This document shows, piece after piece, positions 21,537 to 28,867 of a stretch of 32,000 bases of DNA (positions are counted from its first letter, which is position 1; each line of letters opens with the position of its first letter). The DNA lies in the NCBI RefSeq assembly GCF_000007225.1, contig NC_003364.1:1080001-1112000 (forward strand), read 5' to 3'. The position numbers were made by a program, and so were the translations under genes. The notes below the pieces were generated by a model, which worked only from the letters and a program-made list of their open reading frames with translations, searched no databases and was not told the DNA's origin. This DNA comes from Pyrobaculum aerophilum str. IM2 (GTDB lineage: Archaea > Thermoproteota > Thermoprotei > Thermoproteales > Thermoproteaceae).

Positions 21537-22640
21537 GTGAGCAGGCCGGGATTTTTCTGGCGTAAGTGGCTCGAGGGGAGCTCGCGGTGGATTTACGTCG
21601 GCATGTGCCCCGTGGAGATGTTAGAGGGAAGTGAAAGCGCCGTGGTGGGGAGAGCCGGGGACAAGTTTGTGTTATATATATCTGCGCCTTCCCGGCGTTG
21701 GGACGGTGAAGGCGATTTATTTAAAGGCGCCGGCCCCCGGGTACAGGGCTTATTTTCAGCCAAGCCCGTTTTAATAAAGGGGAGTCTTGGGATGTTGGTA
21801 GAGGGCCCTCACAGCGGCGCGTTCAAGCCCCTCTGTATCCCCCCACTGGGCGGATCTAGGTGGTGGGTGTTTTCAACAATGGACTGGTCGTTTTTTGAAG
21901 AACACGGCCTAAACTACCCCCCTGGAGATCACGCATTGTATGTACTCACTGAAAGCGGAATTTCGCAATACTGCAGTCCCTGCCACGAGTTTAATTCAAC
22001 TGCGCACAGCCTCTGTAAATTCGCCTTTGGCGGGAAGTGGCTGTACCACTCCCCCGTCGGTCCTCCGGTGAGCGCGCCTGGCGCCGGGGCGTTGAATGAC
22101 GCAGAGCTGCCTGTGATTAAGTTTAGGGACAGATATCTGCGAGTTGGCGAGTGGATTGCTTGGCACAGAGTCCTCGGCATTCTTGACGACGGCAAGTGGG
22201 TTATTATAGGCGACGACGGGCTGTATGAGGCGGTCTTTAAGCCCACCGCCAAAAACCCCCTCGGGGAATTCGGAGAGGTTGGCTACGTCAAAATCCTCGG
22301 CCCCTACGCTGGAGATGTTGACGATGTGCAGTCCCCATGCGGAGCGCCGAGACTTGTGGCTTGTACAGAGGAGGGGCTTAGGGCGGCGGAGGCTTTGCTT
22401 AAATACATAGAGGGGCTTCTGAAAAGTAGTGGGGTGTATGACGTTATTAAGTTTTTGCCCAGGGCTTGGACGTGCGAAAAGCCGTTTGTAATTCCAGAGC
22501 TAGTCGAGATAAATGTGCCTAACGAGGTAGTGGCGGACTGGCCTCTGGGAAATCCCTGTCCGCACGTGCTGAGGGCGGCAGATGGAGATCCCCTGGGGCT
22601 GTTAACTACGCGTACGTGGTACTTCTGCTGGACGCCTTAA
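21537..22640 (+). CDS. uncharacterised paralog family member 3 (P3), diverged
   Basis: 367 codons with a GTG start about 22 nt after TTTTTTATAG. It shares the family core RDRYLRVGEWIAWHRVLGILDDGKWVIIGDDGLYEA with P1/P2 (YLRL...IAWDFVLGTLDSGEWIIMADDGLY) and an N-terminal resemblance (IYVGMCPVEMLEGSESAVVG versus VVICVSFEEEGGRVSLQPVAG). Confidence 0.7.
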   Translation: MSRPGFFWRKWLEGSSRWIYVGMCPVEMLEGSESAVVGRAGDKFVLYISAPSRRWDGEGDLFKGAGPRVQGLFSAKPVLIKGSLGMLVEGPHSGAFKPLCIPPLGGSRWWVFSTMDWSFFEEHGLNYPPGDHALYVLTESGISQYCSPCHEFNSTAHSLCKFAFGGKWLYHSPVGPPVSAPGAGALNDAELPVIKFRDRYLRVGEWIAWHRVLGILDDGKWVIIGDDGLYEAVFKPTAKNPLGEFGEVGYVKILGPYAGDVDDVQSPCGAPRLVACTEEGLRAAEALLKYIEGLLKSSGVYDVIKFLPRAWTCEKPFVIPELVEINVPNEVVADWPLGNPCPHVLRAADGDPLGLLTTRTWYFCWTP

Positions 22641-22701
22641 ACGCCCTCTAACGGTGCTTGTACACAGAATTAAAAATTTAATAATAGTATTATTTTACTT
22701 T

Positions 22702-23301
22702 ATGGAGAAAAGAACTGCTATGATTTTAATGATTGCTGGTGGGGCTTTTTATATAGCTGGAGGAGTGGTCGGAGCGTACGTCATCGCCGTCCTCAAGGGG
22801 GTGGAGATGGGCTTAGTAGGAGGTAGCGAGGAGGAAGTCTGGGCTGCTATTACGCCTGTGATTGCAACAGGTCTTGTGACTGGTTTGTTAATTGTACTAG
22901 GAGGAGTTCTGGTTAATTCTGAGAGTAGGAAAAATAGAGTTATCGGTAGCATTTTGGGTATTGTAATGGCTTTACTTGGCGCAATTAACACTTTTGGAGG
23001 CTTAATTATTGGGATAGTGCTTGCTTTTATTGGGAGCGTTGCCGGGTTGACTTATAAGCAATCTATGAGGGCATCGTTGTCTGCGCCTAGCCATGTCCAG
23101 GACGTTGTCCGCTGGGAAGTTAGGGATGCGCAGAGCAGTCCGGCCCCGCCTCAGTCGCGCCGCCCAGCGTCTAATGAACAGAGCGCCCCCGAGCCGGGTT
23201 GGTACTTATTTCAACACGAGGGGGATCAGCACTATTGGTGTTATTACGACGGAGAGAAGTGGCTTACATGTAGGTGGGCCTCTTCTCAACCATCTGAATA
23301 G
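22702..23301 (+). CDS. small multi-pass membrane protein with cytoplasmic/extracellular tail carrying a GWY...YWxxYDGxxW motif
   Basis: I prefer the ATG at 22702 (MEKRTAMILMIAGGAFYIAGG), preceded by an AT-rich TATA-like stretch at 22668-22684, over the GTG at 22654. There are four hydrophobic helices. The C-terminal PGWYLFQHEGDQHYWCYYDGEKWLT resembles the DUF2510-type GWY/YWDG/W motif by eye. Confidence 0.65.
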   Translation: MEKRTAMILMIAGGAFYIAGGVVGAYVIAVLKGVEMGLVGGSEEEVWAAITPVIATGLVTGLLIVLGGVLVNSESRKNRVIGSILGIVMALLGAINTFGGLIIGIVLAFIGSVAGLTYKQSMRASLSAPSHVQDVVRWEVRDAQSSPAPPQSRRPASNEQSAPEPGWYLFQHEGDQHYWCYYDGEKWLTCRWASSQPSE

Positions 23302-23674
23302 ACTCAAGCGGTTGGCCGGCATTAAAGCGGAGTCAGGTTGCCTATGGCGGCGGAGTCTAGAAGACGGGACGGCCAGTCGGCAGAACAGCGGCAGGGCTGT
23401 TTGGGTGAAAACTGCCAGGCGAGAGGTAACTTTTAACCGCCTCTGCGCGCCGGATTATAACAACGTTTTCTACTGTAGCGGCTGTGTTGAAAAGGGCGTC
23501 GATGTAATTAGACGTGTAACCACTTGTTGCATGAGGGGCAGGGGACATAGTTAAGGGCCCGGGATTTGTGGCGCAGTTGAACAGCCGTTGCTGAGGTGCG
23601 TTACCAGAGCACTGGAGGGAGTTGACAGGGGGCTTGCCTCTGCGCGTCAGTTTTTTAAATTTGTCTTGTATTAC

Positions 23675-24314
23675 GTGGTCCTCTCTCCCGAGGAGAAGAG
23701 GCGTTTTTTAAAAGCGCTGGAGGAGGATCAAGAGTTCAGATACGCGGTGGCGGGGTTGCTGGGCCTCGGCGAGGTGTTGAACGAGTTGAGGCGGTTGAGG
23801 GAGGACTTTAATAACTTCGTACAGAGGAGTGAAAAAAGCCGACGAGAGGCGCTGGAGGCAGAACGAAAGACGCTGGAAACAGAACGAGAAGAAGTGGAAA
23901 GAGAACGAGAAGCGATGGGAAGAGGCCTATAAGCGTTTTGACAACATCGAGAGGAGGCTCTCCAACGTGGAGAGTACGCTGGGGGCTATGGCCGAGAGCC
24001 AGCACTCCCGCTACGTCTGGGAGGACTTACAGGCTGAGATAAGGGCGAGGGGGGAGGCGTTAATGCGCCGTGTTAGAAGTGCAAGGTCTATTTTCGGCCT
24101 AATTTTCACCTCGACGACGTAAACGCGACGGTCTGTCTCGATGAGCAAGTCAATGTCGACGTTGTCAACGGACGTGGGAGCGCTTTTAGCCAAGGCGGAG
24201 GTGGTAAAAAGCGCGTTGCAAAAAGAGGCAGTCCCCGTACTGACGGGGGCTTGGATAGGAGACGACGTGGAGAAATACGCCAGGGGCAAGGGTGTGTTGG
24301 TGTACAGCTACTAA
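23675..24314 (+). pseudogene. coiled-coil + PD-(D/E)xK nuclease-like gene (multi-copy Pyrobaculum-type family), disrupted by an A-run frameshift and an 83-bp internal inversion
   Basis: GTG at 23675, about 20 nt after TTTTTTAAAT. The N-terminus is VVLSPEEKRRFLKALEEDQEFRYAVAGLLGLGE. The frame changes at A6 (23832-23837) into ...ERRWRQNERRWKQNEKKWKENEKRWEE.... The catalytic core VDNVDIDLLIETDRRVYVVEVKIRPKI is encoded on the opposite strand (24087-24169). The C-terminus DVGALLAKAEVV...GVLVYSY* is back on the plus strand and in frame. Confidence 0.75.
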
Positions 24315-24839
24315 GCCGCCGTAGGGCCTCCGCGGCCTCTACCCTGGGCGTGTGCGCCTCGTAGGCGGAGCGCCGGAGGCCCCCTCCATTTACGCACAGG
24401 GGGCGGCCGCCGCGAACTAGTCGTCGCTTCCGTCTTTGTCGACTTGTCCAATAGTAAACAACGGACTGGGGCACAGACAGCTGGCGGCCTTTGAATACAA
24501 AAGCCCCAGGGCCTATTTTTACGTCGAAGGAGCGCGGGCTTCACACGGCATGTAAATTACGAATTGACTAAATATATTGGGCCAAAAGTGGTTGATTTTT
24601 GCGTTAAAAGCCCCAGCCAGAGTCTGGCTTCTGGCTGTGTCGGCTGTAAGTGTCTTGTGGGCTGGCGGACGCGGCCTGCCTGGCCCACTGTAGTTTGGCT
24701 CGGAAGGCTGTGGAAAAGATTAGCCGCAAAACGCCTAAAAAAGAGGACAGAGAAGCCATATGTCCAATCCCGGGGGAGAATACGGGCATTAGATGTAGTT
24801 GTGTGATTTGCTCCTGTTTGGAGCAACGCCTAGGCAAGT

Positions 24840-25259
24840 CTAAGGGTCTAGTAGGCCTCTGGCGTCTAGCTCTTTGTGTAGCTTCATAATTATTTCTGAC
24901 ACATAGGCGTATCTTCTCTCTTCTAACACTTGGCGTATTTTCTCCACGTTGATTTCTCCATATTCGTGGACGATAATGTTTCTAAATCCCACTAGCCTTC
25001 TTAAAGCCTCTCTCTCCTCGCCGCTTAGCAAACCGGCTGAGGCTAGGCTGGCTATACATTTCAGTGGAGTTTCTCCTCTAATGCCCACTACGGCGCATGT
25101 GTGTAATAAGTAGTCTATAATTGACTGGGAGTGTATCTGCAGGGCGTGTAGAACTGCGTAGAGTTCAAACACGTCGTCCCAGTTTACTCCGCGTCTTCTT
25201 ATTTTTTCTAGGAATTCTAAATGCCGTAACACTTCTTCTATTAGCTTATTGTGTAACAC
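24840..25259 (-). CDS. hepT: HepT (DUF86/HEPN) toxin of a HepT-MNT toxin-antitoxin pair
   Basis: 139 aa carrying the Rx4HxY HEPN motif in LVGFRNIIVHEYGEI. It overlaps the upstream MNT gene by 14 nt. Confidence 0.85.
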   Translation of the reverse strand: MLHNKLIEEVLRHLEFLEKIRRRGVNWDDVFELYAVLHALQIHSQSIIDYLLHTCAVVGIRGETPLKCIASLASAGLLSGEEREALRRLVGFRNIIVHEYGEINVEKIRQVLEERRYAYVSEIIMKLHKELDARGLLDP

Positions 25260-25647
25260 GTCTCAGCACGCCATTGACAAACTTTTTTGTAAACTCCACT
25301 TTTTCTCTCATAATTATGTAGTCGTTACACACGTTGATAGCCCTTATCAACACTTCTCTGCCCTTGAGGTCGTTGTAGATTAAAACTCCATTTGCCACCG
25401 CCTGGAGAAAGAGGACGCAGTTAATTTCGTTGACGTCTCCGAAAGCATAGACGTCGGCGGGGAGCCCGGCGACGTTTTCCACGGCCTCCATGGCGTTTAG
25501 CATTACCTCTTCCACGTCTCGGTCTGTGTAAATAACCAAGTCTATATCTCTTGGACTTGCCTTCCACAGCGCGGAGCCGTGTAGAATTACAAGTCTGGCG
25601 CCGACAGCCCCCCAGTCTACTTGTCTCAACTTCTCCACAAGAGACAC
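25246..25647 (-). CDS. mntA: MNT minimal nucleotidyltransferase antitoxin
   Basis: 133 aa carrying the GS...DxD nucleotidyltransferase motif LHGSALWKASPRDIDLVIY. GTG start about 22 nt after a TATA-like GTTTTTTAACC on the minus strand. Confidence 0.85.
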   Translation of the reverse strand: MSLVEKLRQVDWGAVGARLVILHGSALWKASPRDIDLVIYTDRDVEEVMLNAMEAVENVAGLPADVYAFGDVNEINCVLFLQAVANGVLIYNDLKGREVLIRAINVCNDYIIMREKVEFTKKFVNGVLRRVTQ

Positions 25648-25698
25648 AGCTCCACATACAAAATGGTTAAAAAACTAATACACACACTTTCTACTCTC

Positions 25699-25860
25699 TG
25701 GGCGCCCTAAGGGGCGCGGGGCGCGTGCGGGACGCATGGCGGGGGCGTCCGTAGGGCTGGCAACCCCCTTGGCCTGGCGCCGACGGCGGCGTTTCCCCGC
25801 CTTCGGCCCGTTTGTAGGGGCCGCCCCGCCCTGCCCGAGGCTGGCGGGGGCCTCAAACAC
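25699..25860. ncRNA. candidate structured RNA of unknown family (strand undetermined)
   Basis: About 160 nt of very GC-rich sequence, bracketed by AT-rich TATA-like/oligo-T stretches on both sides (25664-25680 and 25886-25903). It has several perfect GC hairpins (GGACGC/GCGTCC, GCGCCC-CTTA-GGGCGC on the minus strand, GAGGC/GCCTC). Only implausible Arg/Pro-rich ORFs cover it. Confidence 0.35.
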
Positions 25861-26808
25861 TCCATGTGATTACTTTGACCAGCGCTTAAATTTTTGATTA
25901 AAGGGGCACGGAATGTTGTGCGATTTTGAATTAAGTTGCGTTGTCCTGAGACGCCGCTCTGACTACTAAAAGACCGTCGGTCAGGACCTGAATTCGGGAA
26001 CTCGAAGGCAACCCTGACTGGTGTTTTTAACGCGCCAAGAAAGGCCTGCGGAAAAACGGAATTAAGGTGAGGGCTGAGGTGGGCATAGGGGCTGGCGCCC
26101 GCTATACCCCGGCGGTAGGCCACAGAGTCCCGGAGTCCAGGCCGGGAGTGGCGGTTGAGTATTCCATCGGCGGCGAGGAGAGGGCTCGGTACACCGCCTT
26201 CTGCTGGGTAGCGCACCTCTTAAGGCGTCTACATTTCCCAAGTTGCGACGGCCAAAGTGGCCAACGTCTGTCGCCTCATAAGAGATGCGATAATTTTCTC
26301 TAAAAATCGTTGCAGTGTTAGAGACTTTTTGGAAACGCTACGCGGCCGCCTGAGTCAGCACAGGTAGGCTACGAGTTGCATGGAATCACAGCCTGCCTCT
26401 AGCGGATATCTTGCTCAACTCTTCATGCGCCTCCCTGATACGAAAATCATGTTGGACTTCTCCCCAGGCCTAGTACGTCGTTGCGGCCTCAGACGGCGTC
26501 TCGGCCACTAAGGTATATCTGTGGTTAGTACGCGCTTTATAAGTCGCGCGACGGCCGTCTTGTCTTGACGTGGCGGAGACAGATTCTGTCAGTATTTATT
26601 TTAAGGCTTTGGGAAGACTTGAGAAAGGAGTTGAGGGCAGTGCGTATGGTACACAGATACAAAAATCGTGTTATTCTGTGCCTCTACTAAATAGCCGAGA
26701 TTTAACACTATTTATAATTACATATAATTATCTTTATTTTTTACTTACTTACATAACTACATTACTTATCAACAGGAAATTATTTATTTTCCATTTCCCA
26801 AGTACGGC

Positions 26809-27858
26809 ATGGAAAAACTTATAGGCAGACTAGATCTATATGAGAGAGTTTTAAAGAATCCGGGGGCTGAGTTTAGGCGCTTATTAAAGACTGAACCATA
26901 TATTTTCACTACTGGCGTATATACGCCGTTGCAAGCTAAGTTAGCTCAGATAGCCGGCTTAAAAGCTGTATATATAAGCGGATACTCGTGTTCCGTGGGC
27001 TATCTCGGGGCGGCTGATTTAAACATCCTAACGCTTGAGGAGTATATTTGGATTGCCAGGCACATAGCAAATGCTGTTACAATCCCCGTCGTAGCTGATG
27101 CGGAGAGCGGATTTGGCAGTCTTTTTAACGCAATGCGCGCAGTAAAGGAGTTCTGGAGAGCCGGAGTCGCCGCAATTCACGTTGAAGATCAAGTATTTCC
27201 AAAGAGGTGCGGCCACTTGGCGGGGAAGCAAGTGATGCCTCTAGATGACGCAGTGGCCATGTTTAAGGCTATTGACAGAGTTAGGCGCAATATAGATCCT
27301 GACTTTTTCATTATTGCGAGAACTGACGCCATAGGCGCCTCCAATGTAGAGCCTGAGAAACAGATAGATGAGGCTATTAAAAGGGCTAAAGCCTATATTA
27401 ACGCAGGGGCCGATATGGTGTGGGCGGAGTTCACGCGACCCGACGATATTGATGCCATTACGAAATTCGCTGAGGGAGTTAGGAAGGAGTTCCCCGACGT
27501 GCCCCTAGCGTTCAACTACTCCTCTTCTTTCAGATGGCACAAGGCGAAGATCCCAGTTAGGTTTAAGTGGCTCGCAGAGCTTGGATATAAATACATCTTC
27601 ATAACTCTGGGCGCGCTACACGCAGAAACATATGCTGTATATAACTTTGTAAAAGACTTAGCGACAAGACAGGAAGAGGCTTTGTGGGAGTTGCAGAAAT
27701 TAAAGGAGGGCCACCCGACAGAGAGCCACCACAAACTCGGAGATTTCGACTACTTTAAGGAGCTGGAGGTGACGTTTTATCCATGGGCCAAGATCAAATA
27801 CGAGCGCGGCGCAGGCTACGGCTCAGAGAGGGATAAGGCGGATGAAAGGGTGATATGA
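26809..27858 (+). CDS. isocitrate lyase / PEP mutase superfamily enzyme (methylisocitrate-lyase-like)
   Basis: 349 aa carrying the superfamily signature FPKRCGHLAGKQV (K[KR]CGH), plus VVADAESGFG, IHVEDQ and IIARTDA. Confidence 0.85.
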   Translation: MEKLIGRLDLYERVLKNPGAEFRRLLKTEPYIFTTGVYTPLQAKLAQIAGLKAVYISGYSCSVGYLGAADLNILTLEEYIWIARHIANAVTIPVVADAESGFGSLFNAMRAVKEFWRAGVAAIHVEDQVFPKRCGHLAGKQVMPLDDAVAMFKAIDRVRRNIDPDFFIIARTDAIGASNVEPEKQIDEAIKRAKAYINAGADMVWAEFTRPDDIDAITKFAEGVRKEFPDVPLAFNYSSSFRWHKAKIPVRFKWLAELGYKYIFITLGALHAETYAVYNFVKDLATRQEEALWELQKLKEGHPTESHHKLGDFDYFKELEVTFYPWAKIKYERGAGYGSERDKADERVI

Positions 27859-28283
27859 ACGCCGGGGCTATAGCGTCAAAAAACGTGATATGTATAAAGC
27901 CCGGCGCCTCCATCCTGGACGCCGCCAAGCTCATGGCCCAGCGGAACATAGGATTTTTAATTGTGTCGTCTGATTGCAAAAGAGATTTGGCTGGCGTCAT
28001 ATCGGAAAGAGATATAATACGAGCCATAGCAAGCGGCATTCAGCCCTCTGAACCTGTTGATAACATCATGACGCGTAAGGTTGTTTACGTCTATAAAGAT
28101 ACCCCTGTTTGGGAGATAGCCCGTCTTATGCGGAAATACAACATCAGACATATTTTGGTAATGGACAACGGCCAGATTTTCGGCGTAATTTCAATAAGGG
28201 ATTTACTGAAAGAGTCTGACGTCATAGAAAGGCTTGTGGAATATGCAGAGGAGAGAATTGACGAGATATCAGCCCACGACTAA
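27855..28283 (+). CDS. stand-alone CBS-domain pair protein
   Basis: 142 aa with two CBS repeats (IGFLIVSS...LAGVISERDIIRAI and IRHILVMDNGQIFGVISIRDLLK). The start overlaps the upstream stop (ATGA). Confidence 0.85.
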   Translation: MNAGAIASKNVICIKPGASILDAAKLMAQRNIGFLIVSSDCKRDLAGVISERDIIRAIASGIQPSEPVDNIMTRKVVYVYKDTPVWEIARLMRKYNIRHILVMDNGQIFGVISIRDLLKESDVIERLVEYAEERIDEISAHD

Positions 28284-28369
28284 ATAATATACTTTTGTAT
28301 ATCTGGGGTTCTGCTATTAAGTGCCTTTTTCCTATTCACAGTGTACACTATATTAAGATTTATCCCGGC

Positions 28370-28735
28370 GAGAGGCGCTGGAGGCAGAACGAAAAACGCT
28401 GGGCTGAGGCAAATAGGCGGCTTTCTCGCATTGAGGAGGCGTTGGGAGTAACGGCGGAGGGCTTGTGCTCCCGCTACGTCTGGGAGGACTTGAGGGAGGA
28501 GATTTATACAAAAGGCGAGGCCGTGGTTAAGAGGGCTAGGAGTGCCAAGGTGGATAATGTGGATCTCTTGGTGGAGACAAACCGCCACGTTGACGCCGTC
28601 GAGGTGAAGATTAGGCCTAGGGTTAAGGACGTCGGCGCCCTTCTGGCGAAAGCCGACGTCGTGAGGCACGTCTTTGGCAAAGGCGCTGTCCCGGTTTTAG
28701 CGGGGGCGTGGGTTGGAGACGACGTGGGGGAATAG
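28370..28735 (+). pseudogene. 5'-truncated, 3'-frameshifted second copy of the coiled-coil + PD-(D/E)xK gene
   Basis: Homology to the 23.7-kb copy begins abruptly at GAGAGGCGCTGGAGGCAGAACGAAA (28370, matching 23843). The nuclease core VDNVDLLVETNRHVDAVEVKIRPRV is in the normal orientation. The C-terminal end is 5 nt shorter than in the other copy, which gives a premature TAG at 28733-28735. Confidence 0.55.
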
Positions 28736-28867
28736 GGGGAAGGGAGTGTTGGTGTACAGCTATTAGCGCCCGCGCGGAGTTGTCCATACGGCGCTGGCTG
28801 GCGTTGGGCTCCGAGGGCGGCCTGTTAAAAAGAGGTCGCTGAGAAGCTCGGCGCGGCGCCTTGGGAA

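Noticed and set aside
24011-24289. 92-aa minus-strand ORF containing VDNVDIDLLIETDRRVYVVEVKIRPKI
   Set aside because: Only the central 83 nt is homologous to the nuclease family. The rest is antisense of the plus-strand gene. It is explained better as an inverted internal segment of the plus-strand pseudogene than as an independent gene.
25707-26216. 169-aa minus-strand ORF spanning the GC-rich region
   Set aside because: The translation is low-complexity and Arg/Pro/Gly/Ala-rich with no motifs. It is more likely a by-product of GC-rich non-coding sequence.
25699-26230. Assignment of the GC-rich ORF-free region to RNase P RNA (Pyrobaculum minimal type) or SRP/7S RNA
   Set aside because: I could not find the CR-I (GAAAGUCC) and CR-V (ACAGAA..GGCUUA) elements in the correct order, or an SRP helix-8-like CAGGCC-GNRA-GG-AGCA motif. 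Only partial look-alikes are present (GAAAGGCC at ~26041, ACAGAG at ~26122). It is kept only as an unclassified ncRNA candidate.
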